From Octopus sinensis (taxonomy: Eukaryota), in the NCBI RefSeq assembly GCF_006345805.1, contig NW_021833284.1, positions 14,515 through 78,514 on the forward strand: a stretch of 64,000 nucleotides of DNA, in the 5' to 3' direction. Both the position numbers and the translations under genes were made by a program. Below are positions 12,659 through 24,580 of the stretch, one piece after another. Each line of letters begins with the position of its first letter. Position 1 is the first letter of the stretch. The notes under the pieces are model-generated. The model had not been told where the DNA came from. It ran no database searches and saw nothing but the letters and a program-made list of their open reading frames with translations.

Positions 12659-12752
12659 TAGAGCTTTTAGGATTTTCCTGTTTGTTTCAGCAGAGTTAAT
12701 ACAACTGGGCCCAAAACAAGTTTTTCATATTTCTTCTTCTTGTTTTCTCCAG

Positions 12753-12879
12753 GTTATCCGTGTTGGTCCGTAAGATCCAGAGCCATCTTCCCATTCTGTC
12801 TGATGCTGAGAGAGATATGATGAAGGAACTGAAGAATATGGAAGTGCAACTGGAGTCCCTTCGCAAGGAATTAAACAAA
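12753..12879 (+). CDS. NUP88: Nup88 coding exon (coiled coil)
   Basis: gttttctccag| ... |gtcagt, 127 nt, phase 2-0. LSVLVRKIQSHLPILSDAERDMMKELKNMEVQLESLRKELNK, compare LPVLSDSERDMKKEL. Confidence 0.95.
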
Positions 12880-12984
12880 GTCAGTTGTTGTTGTTGTTTT
12901 TATTTGTTCTTACCTTTTTTTGCTTTTTCGTAAACGGGATTATTCCGGAGGACTGAGGACTTGATGGGGGATGCTGGGGTTGGA

Positions 12985-15005
12985 GGAATCAGTGGAACGG
13001 CTGGCATGGGGGAATGGAGTGTGGTGGCATAGCCTTATGGAGTGCGGTGGCATGGGCGAATGGAATGCTGTGACATGGGCGAATGGAGTGCGGTGGCATG
13101 GGGGAATGGAGTGTGGTGGCATGGGGAAATGGAGTGTGGTGGCATGGGCGAATGGAGTGCGGTGGTATGGCCGAATGGAGCGCGGTGGTATGGCGAATGG
13201 AGTGCGGTGGCATGGGTGAATGGAGTGTAGTGGCATGGCTGAATGGAGCACGGTGGTATGGGCGAATGGAGTGCGGTGGCATGGGTGAATGGAGTGTGGT
13301 GGCATGGCTGAATGGAGCACGGTGGTATGGGCGAATGGAGTGCGGTGGTATGGGCGAATGGAGTGCGGTGGCATGGGTGAATGGAGTGTGGTGGCATGGC
13401 TGAATAGAGCATGGTGGTATGGGCGAATGGTGTGCGGTGGCATGGGTGAATGGAGTGTGGTGGCATGGCCGAATGGAGCACGGTGGTATGGGCGAATGGA
13501 GCGCGGTGGTATGGGCGACTGGAGTGTGGTGGCGTGGGTGAATGGAGTGTGGTGGTATGAGCGAATGGAGTGCGGTGACATGGGCGAATGGAGTGTGGTG
13601 GCATGGGCGAATGGAGTGCGGTGGTATGGGCGAATGGAGTGTGGTGGCAAGAGCGAATGGAGTGCGGTGGCATGGGTGAATGGAGTGCGGTGGTATGGCC
13701 GAATGGAGTGCGGTGGCATGGGCGAATGGAGTGCGGTGGCATGGGCGAATGGAGTGCGGTGGCATGGGCGAATGGAGTGCGGTGGCATGGGCGAATGGAG
13801 TGCGGTGGCATGGGCGAATGGAGCGCGGTGGCATGGGCGAATGGAGTGCGGTGACATGGGCGAATGGAGTGCGGTGGTATGGCGAATGGAGTGCGGTGAC
13901 ATGGCGAATGGAGTGTGGTGGCATGGGGAAATGGAGTGTGGTGGCATGGGCGAATGGAGTGCGGTGGTATGGGCGAATGGAGTGCGGTGGCATGGGTGAA
14001 TGGAGTGTGGTGGCATGGCTGAATAGAGCATGGTGGTATGGGCGAATGGTGTGCGGTGGCATGGGTGAATGGAGTTTTGTGGCATGGCCGAATGGAGCAC
14101 GGTGGTATGGGCGAATGGAGCGCGGTGGTATGGGCGACTGGAGTGTGGTGGCGTGGGTGAATGGAGTGTGGTGGTATGAGCGAATGGAGTGCGGTGACAT
14201 GGGCGAATGGAGTGTGGTGGCATGGGCGAATGGAGTGCGGTGGTATGGGCGAATGGAGTGTGGTGGCAAGAGCGAATGGAGTGCGGTGGCATGGGTGAAT
14301 GGAGTGCGGTGGTATGGGCGAATGGAGTGCGGTGGCATGGGCGAATGGAGTGTGGTGGCATGGGCGAATGGAGTGCGGTGGCATGGGCGAATGAAGTGCG
14401 GTGGCATGGGCGAATGGAGTGCGGTGGCATGGGCGAATGGAGCGCGGTGGCATGGGCGAATGGAGTGCGGTGACATGGGCGAATGGAGTGCGGTGGTATG
14501 GGCGAATGGAGTGCGGCGGCATGGGCGAATGGAGTGCGGTGGCATGGGCGAATGGAGCGCGGTGGCATGGGCGAATGGAGTGCGGTGACATGGGCGAATG
14601 GAGTGCGGTGACATGGGCGAATGGAGTGCGGTGACATGGGTGAATGGAGTGTGGTGGTATGGCCGAATGGAGCGCGGTGGTATGGGCGAATGGAGTGCGG
14701 GACATGGGCGAATGGAGTGCGGTGGTATGGGCGAATGGAGTGCGGTGGCATGGGCGAATGGAGTGCGGTGGCATGGGCGAATGGAGCGCGGTGGCATTGG
14801 TGAATGGAGTGCGGTGACATGGGCGAATGGAGTGCGGTGACATGGGTGAATGGAGTGTGGTGGTATGGCCGAATGGAGCGCGGTGGTATGGGCGAATGGA
14901 GTGCGGTGACATGGGCGAATGGAGTGCGGTGGTATGGGCGAATGGAGTGCGGTGGTATAGGCAAATGGAGTGTGGTGGCATGGGCAAATGGAGTGCAGTG
15001 GTATG
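12985..15005. repeat. 23-bp G-rich minisatellite (GGCATGGGCGAATGGAGTGCGGT), roughly 85-90 units
   Basis: Period 23 (atggg at 13741, 13764, 13787). It generates the overlapping 670-750 aa spurious ORFs. Confidence 0.93.
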
Positions 15006-16259
15006 GGCATGTGTTGTGGAAGCATGTTCTGAAGAGGGTGCTGGGGCTTGAGGTAAATGGATAGCAAAAGCAAAGTAGACCGAGGAAAATGTGGAGGGGG
15101 CAGGTGGGGGAGGGGATTGGGAGGGTTGGCTTGAGAAGGGAGGATACCCAAAACCAGGCAAGATGGTGTAAGGGTGGTTGTTATAGCATTGAAGTAGATC
15201 CAGATTTAAAATGATGGTGATGATGTAAACATGATTATTTAAGTGGAAATGCTGCTGATGGAGTAAGAGAGAGTAATTATTATGAGACAAGAGACTGATG
15301 AGGATGAGAGAGAGAGAGAGGGAGTAAATGTTCTTCTCAAGGGGAGAGAACTGCTTCAGGGTTTATATTTTCCCCCCTTATATTGAGAGATTTTATTTTC
15401 TTTGAGTAAAAAGAGGGAAGAGCATATAATATTTCTATATAATTCATTTGTTACATATTCCAGAAGTTCACCCTTGTTCTGGGCTCTTCTGCACAGCATA
15501 ACTCAACATCTTGCTTTTGACAAACGAATCAGACTGCTAAAAGGTTACTAATGGTTACCTGACACTTGTCTTGCTCTTCCAAACTCCTTCTCTGTTTTTT
15601 TTTCTCTCTCTTCACTCATCATCATCGTTTAGCGTCCGCTTTCCATGCTAGCATGGGTTGGACGGTTCAACTGGGGTCTGGGAAGCCAGAAGGCTGCGCC
15701 AGGCTCCAGTCTGATCTGGCAATGTTTCTATGGCTGGATGCCCTTCCTAACGCCAACCACTCCGTGAGTGTAGTGGGTGCTTTTTACGTGCCACTGGCAC
15801 GGAGGCCAGGCCAGGCTGGCAATGGCCACGATTGGATGGTGCTTTTTACATGCCACCGGCATGGAGGCCAGGTGTGGCTGGCAATGGCCACGATTGGATG
15901 GTGCTTTTTACGTGCCACCGGCACGGAGGCCAGGTGAGGCTGGCAACGGCCACGATCAGATGGTGCTTTTTACGTGCCACCGGCACAGAGGCCAGGCCAG
16001 GCTAGCAAACGGCCACAATAGGATGGTGCTTTTTACGTGCCACTGGCACGGAGGCCAGGCCAGGCTGGCAACGGCCATGATCGGATGGTGCTTTTTATGT
16101 GCCACCGGCACGGAAGCCAGTCGCGGCGGTGCTGGCAACGGCCACATTCAGATGGTTCTCTTATGTACCACCGGGACTGGTATCTCAGCTACAATTTCCA
16201 TTGATGTTTTTTGATTTTGATTTTGATATAGATTTTGATTTCATTATTTTCTCCATCAG

Positions 16260-16375
16260 ACGAAGAAAAAGAAGGAATACCAAGAGCACCAGCTGTCCCT
16301 CAGCAAATCTGCTTACCCTAATACAGTACTCAGCAGCCAAAACTTGGTACAGATTAAGGATATCCTGAAGGACCA
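16260..16375 (+). CDS. NUP88: Nup88 coding exon
   Basis: ttttctccatcag| ... |gtaagt, 116 nt, phase 0-2. TKKKKEYQEHQLSLSKSAYPNTVLSSQNLVQIKDILKDQ. Confidence 0.92.
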
Positions 16376-16549
16376 GTAAGTTCTGTTTTTTCCTATTTGT
16401 TGGGACCAGTAATACTTTAAAGAAAAAGAATTAGCTTGATTTGTGGTGGGGATGAGCAGGGGGTCAATAAAACTTGTGGCTTTTAGTGACCCAAAATCCA
16501 TAACTTAAATTCCAAGAACTAGATAGAACTGTTTTAGTAATAGAATTAA

Positions 16550-16771
16550 CCCTTTCGTTACCCTATTTCTGTTGAGATGCTCTGTGTTTCTTCCAATTAC
16601 TTTTAAATATAACAAAGAATTTAGTAAAATAACTTGGTTATCATTCAGCTAGTGTTAGGAACATAAATTGTGACTAAGGTTTGGTGGAAGATTTTAATTC
16701 AAAACTTATGAAAACAAGACATTTGTACTACAGAGCCAGAGGTGGTTTCTGCCAGGTTGGTAACGAAAGGG
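16550..16771. mobile_element. piggyBac-type MITE
   Basis: 13-bp terminal inverted repeats CCCTTTCGTTACC / GGTAACGAAAGGG, flanked by TTAA on both sides. Confidence 0.85.
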
Positions 16772-17391
16772 TTAAACCTTTTGAAAGCAGCCTACCCAAG
16801 ATTGCCCCTAGTTATATTATGCAAGCTTCCTGTTTTGTTAAAGTGATCTAAATTAAAACCCTTCATCAAAATTCCATGTTAATTTATGTTCCAAAGACCA
16901 AATTATTTTAATAAATTTTTCGTTATTTTCCTAATTAATGCTATGTATTTTAACAGAAATATGGTAAATAAGTTACACAAGTTATGTATATATACATATA
17001 TATATATGTATGTGTATGTATGTATGTGTGTTTGTCCCCCCAACATTGCTTAACAACCGATGCTGGTGTGTTTACGTCCCGGTAACTTAGCGGTTCAGCA
17101 AAAGACACCGATAGAATAAGTACTAGGCTTACAAAAAGAATAAGTCCTGGGGCCGATTTGCTCGACTAAAGGCGGTGCTCCAGCATGGCCACAGCCAAAT
17201 GACTGAAACAAGTAAAAGAGCTCATGACCTTTCCCTTTAAAAAATATGTGGAAACTCCCCCCCCCCCCCCATGTAAAATTTTACCTCCCTAGTTGCAAGT
17301 GTCTGTGACTTACATCTTGGAATGAGTAAATGCACACTCACACACACACCTTAAGGTTTTTCGTCTTTGTCGTCTCATCCTTTTTATAGAA

Positions 17392-18859
17392 CTAGCAGTA
17401 TCGCTCGGGTTTATAAGGGAAATAACTATATAAGCATTTTTAGAGAGTTACTTCCCTTATAGATGCCAATTCGGGCTTTCTTAGCCATTTCTGTTTTGGC
17501 AACTTCAAGCCATGAAGTCGTCGTTCTAAAAGAACGCTGGTCTCCTTGACAACGCTTTACGACATTGATTTCCTTACACTCCCTTCCCCACAGCTTCACG
17601 AGGGAGGGAAGAAGGGGGAGAAGCAAACAGGTGCAGGTGTGACCATGGACGCCAACTCCGCCGCCATCCACACAAAAATTATGCATTAAAATGGAATAAA
17701 AAATAATGCTAAATTATTTTTAAAATCGTAGACTCATCGTAAACGCGCGCTAATAGCCAGAAGGGCTCGATATTAATCACGACTATAAGATACCCGAATT
17801 TGGTTAAACTGCACCGCAAAATGTGGGAGGAGTTAGGAATCTAAATCGAAGGGGACAGACACTCACACAACTACAGTTTTATATATATATATAGACTAGC
17901 AGTATCGCCCGGCGTTGCTCGGGTTTGTAAGGGAAATAACTATATAAGCATTTTTAGTGAGTTATAGCAAAAAAAACATTAAAAATGGAATAAAAAATTA
18001 TGGTAATTTCTTTTTTAAATCGTTGACTCATCTTAGACATTTTTAGAGAGTTACTTCCCTTATATAATAGCGAAAAATGCATTAAAATGGAATAAAAAAT
18101 TATGGTAATTTTTTTTTAATTGGGACTCATCGTAGACATTTTTAGAGAGTTACTTCCCTTATATAATAGCGAAAATGCATTAAAATGGAATAAAAAATTA
18201 TGGTAATTTTTTTTTTAATGTTGACTCATCGTAGACATTTTAGAGAGTTACTTCCTTATATAATAGCGAAAATGCATTGAAATGGAATAAAAAATTATGG
18301 TTTTTTTTTTAATCGTAGACTCATATAGACGCACGCTAATACCCAGAAGGGCTCGATATGAATCACGACTATAAGATACCCGGTTTTGGTTAAACTGCAC
18401 CGCAAAATGTGGGAGTAGTTAGGAATCTAAATCGAAGGGGACAGACACTCACACAACTACAGTTTTATATATATAGACTAGCAGTATCACTCGGGTTTGT
18501 AAGGGAAATAACTATATAAGCATTTTTAGAGATCTATGGCAAAAAAATGCATTAAAAATGGAATAAAATATGATGGTAATTTTTTTTTTAAATCGTTGAC
18601 TCATCGTAGACATTTTTAGAGAGTTACTTCCCTTATATAATAGCGAAAAAATGCATAAAAATGGAAAAAATGATGGGTTTTTTGTTTTTAAACGTAGACT
18701 CATCGTAGATGCGCGCTAATACTCAGACTGGCTCGATATGAATCACGACTACAAGATACCCGAATTTGGTTAAACTGCACCGCAAAATGTGGGAGTAGTT
18801 AGGAATCTAAATCGAAGGGGACAGACACTCACACAACTACAGTTTTATATATATATAGA
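17392..18859 (-). mobile_element. Head-to-tail trimer of Helitron family 1
   Basis: Copies at 17392-17895, 17896-18477 and 18478-18859. The internal junctions read CTAG|TC on the minus strand and the outer flanks are A and T. Confidence 0.88.
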
Positions 18860-18915
18860 TTTCACTGCATCCTATAGGTTGGAAAATGAAATGGTTTTTC
18901 TTTTGTCTTTTCCAG

Positions 18916-18979
18916 AAGTGATGACATCAACTCTATGGTGAAGTCTGTGAAAGATTTGAAACTGGAGACCCTCAGCTGA
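18916..18979 (+). CDS. NUP88: Nup88 terminal coding exon with stop
   Basis: ttttgtcttttccag|, phase-2 start, SDDINSMVKSVKDLKLETLS then TGA (compare EHIREMVKQINDI). Followed by two AATAAA signals. Confidence 0.9.
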
Positions 18980-19088
18980 GTTAATGCATGTTAGTGTGTG
19001 GAGAAGAGGGGGGAAAGCACCACCTCATCTACAAAGACTCTGTATTTCTCTCCAACCATTCATCACAAAAAATATAAAGTATTTTTCC

Positions 19089-19119
19089 AATAAAAGTTTT
19101 CCATGTTTTACAAAATAAA
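19089..19119 (+). terminator. Candidate NUP88 polyadenylation signals (AATAAA at 19089 and 19114)
   Basis: Two canonical hexamers 110-135 nt after the stop codon, followed by T/GT-rich sequence. Confidence 0.6.
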
Positions 19120-19783
19120 TGTCTTCCTTGCTTTAGTATTTTACACAAATAGTGGGGGGGGGTTTTTGTTTGTTTTTTGTTTTTATGTCGAAAGAAAAAA
19201 ATGAAAGTCAAATGTGAAGATGACCTTCTGCCGGCTTGAGTCATTGGACTGCAGCCATCCTCATTTACAGTGCTTGGTGATACTACTACTGGTGCTGCTG
19301 TATTCCTTGCCTTAGTATTTTACACAAATATTGTTTTTTTTTTAATGACGAAAGAAAAAAATGAAAGTCAATTGTGAAGATGACCTCCTGCCGGCTTAAG
19401 TCATTGGACTGCAGCCATCCTCAAGTACAGTGCTTGGTAATACTACTACTACTACTGCAGCTGTATTCCTTGCCTTAGTATTTTACACAAATATTGTTGT
19501 TTTTTTTTATGACGAAAGAAAAAAATGAAAGTCAATTGTGAAGATGACCTCCTGCCGGCTTGAGTCATTGGACTGCAGCCATCCTCAAGTACAGTGCCTG
19601 GTGATACTATTACTACTACTACTGCTGCTGTGCCTTCATCATCATCATCGTCCGTTTTTCATTCTGGCATGGGTTAGACGGTTTGACTGAGATCTGGAAA
19701 GCCAGCGGCTGCACCAGGCTCCAATCTCATCTGGCAATGTTTTACAACTTGATGCCCTTCCTAATGCCAATGACGGAAACAAA

Positions 19784-22619
19784 TCTTTATATATAAAACT
19801 GAAGTTGTGTGTGTGTCTGTCTACTCCGATTTAGATTCCTAACTATTCCCACATTTTGCGGTGCAGTTTAACCAAAACCGGGTATCTTATAGTCATGATT
19901 CATATCGAGCTCTTCTGGGTATTAGCGCGCTTCACAATGAGTCTACGATTTAAAAAAAAATTTACCATCGGAAACACTGATGGGGTTGGAGGCGTGGGTA
20001 TACTTCTCGCTAAAAAACTGGTAGATAAGGTACTTGAGGTAATCAGAGTAAGTGACAGAATACTTAAGATTAGAATAGTGCTTCATCATAGATTAGCAAC
20101 CATTATATCGGCCTATGCCCCTCAGCCAGGGCTACCCGATGGACAGAAAGACAGTTTCTATGACACCCTACTGCAAACCACCTCATTGACGAATGACAGG
20201 GACCTTCTCTTTGTGGCTGGTGACTTCAATGGGCATGTTGGACGACATGCTGGGGGCTTCCATGGCGTACATGGAGGCTACGGTTATGGTTCCTGCAACA
20301 AGGAGGGAACCAGGCTGCTGGAGTTCTGCGATGCGAATAGTCTTATGGTTTGCAACACTAACTTCAGGAAACCAACAAGCCACCTGATCACCTACCGATC
20401 GGGCCGGCATACTAGCCAAATCGACTACATCCTTGCCAGAAAAAGGGAAAGATGGCTGCTTATAAATGCCAAAACCTTCCCAAGCAAAGAATGCACCCCA
20501 CAACATAGACTGGTAGTTAGTGACTTTAGGATCAGGACGACTAGAAGACGACCAACATGGAGAAGAAGGGTCTGGAAGCTTAAAGACCCTGCGAATGGAC
20601 AGAGATTTAGAGACATGTTACTTGAAGCCTTTGACGAAATAGAAGGGGGTATAGCTACACATGGGGTAGAAGACAACTGGACGTTTCTGAGGGACAACCT
20701 GCTGAAAGCCACTCACCAGATCTGTGGCTGGTGCAAAGTCCCCTCAAGACCCAAAATAACGTGGTGGTGGAACAATATTGTTGACAGGGCTATTAGACAA
20801 AAGAAACAGGCTTGGAAGAACTCCATTCCCCCATACCACCACACTCCATTCGCCTCATGCCACCACACTCCATTCCCCCATGCCAGCCGTTCCACTGATT
20901 CCTCCAACCCCAGCATCCACCTATTTATCATAGTCCTCCAGGCAATAACGGAGGAATTCAAGACAGGATGCCCCTGGGAGCTCCTCTATGCTGATGACCT
21001 TGCTCTAATTGCTGAGTCACTATCAGAACTGGAGAAGTTTCAGGTGTGGAAGCAAGGATTAGAATCGAAGGGCCTTAGAATCAACCTAGCCAAAACCAAA
21101 GTCCTAATAAGTAGGAAGGTAGACCAATCACAAACGACTTCAGGTAGATGGACCTGCTCAATCTGTAAAAAAGGTGTAGGTAGAAACTCTATAAGGTGCA
21201 CCAATTGTAAGCTATGGACACATAAGAGGTGCAGCAATGTCAAAGGAAGGCTAACTAGGAAAATAGTTTTTGTCTCTGGCAGATGCTCAGGAGCAATAAA
21301 CACTGGAAATGTGCAGAGACCAACTAATACCACGTTCCAGGGAGACAAACTAGAAGTAGTTGACAGCTTCTGCTACCTAGGTGACCAAGTCAGTAGCGGG
21401 GTGTGGGTGTGCTGAAAGTGTAACTGCTAGAGTAAGAATAGCCTGAGCAAAGTTTAGAGAGCTCTTACCCCTGTTGGTGACAAAAGGCCTCTCGCTCATA
21501 GTAAAAGGCAGACTGTGTGATGCATGTGTACGTACAGCCATGCTACATGGTAGTGAAACATGGGCCGTGACTGCTGTGGATATGCGTAAGCTCGCAAGAA
21601 ATGAAGCCAGTATGCTCCGATGGATGTGTAATGTCAGTGTGCATACTCGACAGAGTCTAAGTACCTTGAGAGAAAAGCTGAACCTAAGAAGCGTCAGTTG
21701 TGGCGTGCAAGAGAGACGGCTGCGCTGGTATGGTCATGTGACGAGAATGGCTGAAGATAGTTGTGTGCAAAAGTGCCACACCCTAGCAGTTGAGGGAACC
21801 TGTGGAAGAGGTAGACCCAGGAAAACCTGGGACGAGGTGGTGAAGCACAACCTTCGAACTTTAGGTCTCACCAAGGAAATGACCAGAGACCGAGACCTTT
21901 GGAAGTGTGCTGTGCGTGAGAAGACCCGGCAAGACTAGTGAGACCATAACCCGTGGCCTCTACCTGGTATGTAGCCGGTCGACTTATACATACCTTTCCT
22001 TCTTGGGACGTAAAATTCCACTTGTGAAGACCCTTTGAGGCAAGTGAAAATCAAAATCAAAATCAAAATTGCGGCTGTGACAAGTAAGCAAACCATCCGA
22101 TCGTGGCCGTTGCCAGCGTCGCCCCGACTGGCCTCCGTGCCGGTGACACGTAAAAAGCACCATCCGTTCGTGGCCATTGCCAGCCTCGCCTGGCCCCCGT
22201 GCTAGTGGCACGTAAAAAGCTCCATCCGTTCGTGGCCGTTGTCACCGCCGCCTCGCCTGGCCTCCGTGCCAGTGGCACATAAAAGCACCATCCGTTCGTG
22301 TCCGTTGCCAGCCTCGCCTGGCCCCTGTGCAGGTGGCACGTAAAAAGCACCCACTATACTCGCGGAGTGGTTGGCGTTAGGAAGGGCATCCAGCCGTAGA
22401 AACACTGCCAGATCAGACTGGGCCTGATGCAGCCTTCTGGCTTCACAACCCCGGTCGAACCGTCCAACCCATGCTAGCATGGAAAGCGGATGCTAAATGA
22501 TGATGATGATGATGATTTTCCGCATTTTGAATGCATTTTTGCTCGATTTATATAAGGGAAGTAACTCTCTAAAAATGCTTATACAGTTATTTCCCTTACA
22601 AACCCGAGCAACGCCGGGC
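19784..22619 (+). mobile_element. Helitron family 1 copy split by the RTE insertion (19784-19968 and 22515-22619)
   Basis: The two halves are collinear with the 8421-8713 copy. The final CTAG is missing. Confidence 0.75.
19969..22514 (+). mobile_element. 5'-truncated RTE-clade LINE (APE endonuclease, partial RT, Cys-rich finger, 3' UTR with VNTR, (GAT)n tail); RT core deleted
   Basis: Endonuclease motifs SAYAPQ, GDFNGHVG, QIDYIL, SDF. RT motif LLYADDL. CSICKKGVGRNSIRCTNCKLWTHKRC. C-terminus RRLRWYGHV...RGRPRKTW. 3' end ggttggcgttaggaagggcatcc...gatgatgat. Frameshift and stop near 21415. Confidence 0.93.
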
Positions 22620-22916
22620 AAAGAAACAGAAGAATGTATTCAAATACAAACAAACACACATATATAGGCCATATATATATATATATATATATATTCTCTC
22701 TTTTACTTGTCTCAGTCATTTGACTGTGGCCATGCTGGAGCATCACCTTTAGTCAAGCAAATCAACCCCAGGACTTATTCTTTGTAAGCCTAGTGCTTAT
22801 TCTATCAGTCTCTTTTGCAGAATCACTAAGTTACTGGGACGTAAACACACCAGCATCGGTTATCAAGCGATGTTGGGGGACAAACACATACACACACATA
22901 CATACATACATATACG

Positions 22917-22969
<53 letters not shown>

Positions 22970-23253
22970 CACGTGACCGACCAGGTATCAGATGTTGCTA
23001 CACATCGCTGGTCACAATGCGTTCGCATTGTTTTAGCCTTCAAATGATGCCACCCCGCTGCCTAAGCGAGCAGGCCAACAGCAGAAAGAGTGATGAAAGA
23101 GTACAGCAGGGATCACCATCCCCTGCCGGAGCCTCGTGGAGCTTTTAGGTGTTTTCGCTCAATAAACACACACATTGCCCGGTCTGGGAATGGAAACCGC
23201 GATCCTACGACCGCGAGTCCGCTGCCCTAACCACTGGGCCATTGCGCCTCCAC
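22970..23253 (-). mobile_element. tRNA-derived SINE, family B (representative copy)
   Basis: Head gtggaggcgcaatggcccagtggttagggcagcggactc...ggtttccattccc. Relatives at 9757-10060, 46780-47030, 41005-41083, 41235-41312, 52880-53275 and 38815-39150. Confidence 0.8.
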
Positions 23254-23288
<35 letters not shown>

Positions 23289-23929
23289 AACATATACACG
23301 ACAGGTTTCTTTCTACCAAATCCACTCACAAGGCTTTGGTTGGCCCGAGGCTATAGTAGAAGACACTTGCCCAAGGTGCCACGCTGTGGGACTGATCCCA
23401 GGACCATGTGGTTGGTAAGCAAGCTACTTACCACACAGCCACTCCTGCTCCTATACATACACATTGATGTGTATGTGATCGAAACATTTGTAACCAGAAG
23501 TAAACAACCATGTTTTGATGGTTGGGGTTCGATCCTGACATTGGATATTTGCTTTTGCTCAGGCCTAGGAACAAAGCAGAAAAACGATTCTTCTTGCCCC
23601 GACGCCAACCTTAACCAAAAGTGCAGCTGTAACACCTAACCTCAGCTCAAAATCGCCTCACCCCGAACCTCGACTCTCAGAATCTTCTTTCAGGCCCTGT
23701 CTAACCTTGATTGAAATGCACGAGAGACATGAAGGAGGGGGAGGAGAAGGGGACAAGAGAGAGGCGGAGGGAGAATAAACAATTCTGATTGGTTGATACC
23801 TCATCACCTCCCAAATACGTTGACCTTTCACTTTTTGTAAGCAAAAGGAAAACAGAAATTTATTGAAATCAGGGATTAGTAATAATATATTTAACAATGA
23901 GATGTTTCTAGAAAAATTCTTGAAGTATA

Positions 23930-23986
23930 AGTATATATATATATATATATACACTGTTTCTGTTCCTTTGTTTGCTTCGCTCTCTC

Positions 23987-24052
<66 letters not shown>

Positions 24053-24428
24053 ACTCTATCTCTATGTGTGTATATATAAAGATATGCGTGTATGTTTGTA
24101 CACACACATATATATATATATATATAAAGATATGTGTGTGTGTGTGTATATATATATGTATATATATATATATATATAAAGATATAAAGATGTGTGTGTG
24201 TGTATATATATACATATATATACACACACATATATATATATACACAGGCATATATATACATACATATATATATATACATATATATACATACATACATATA
24301 TATATATATACATATATATACATATATATATATACACATATATATACATATATATATATATATACACATATATATACATACATATGTATATATACACACA
24401 CACACATATGTATATATATATATAAAGA

Positions 24429-24460
<32 letters not shown>

Positions 24461-24580
24461 CAAATAAACATACACACATACAAATAAACATACACACACA
24501 CACACACACATACAAATAAACATACACACACACACACACATACAAATAAACATACACACACACACATATACATGTGTGTG
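23930..24580. repeat. Compound (TA)n/(CT)n/(CA)n microsatellites
   Basis: Seen directly. Similar tracts at 30720-31380, 59870-60720 and 62300-62420. Confidence 0.95.

Noticed and set aside
12940-15290. 674-751 aa His/Pro-rich ORFs and Trp/Gly-rich antisense ORFs
   Set aside because: Products of the 23-bp minisatellite. All frames cycle through the same peptide, and the region is inside a NUP88 intron.
19856-21415. 519-aa ORF as a cellular gene
   Set aside because: It is a chimera of Helitron sequence, LINE endonuclease, templated filler and partial RT, followed by a frameshift. It is a dead retroelement.
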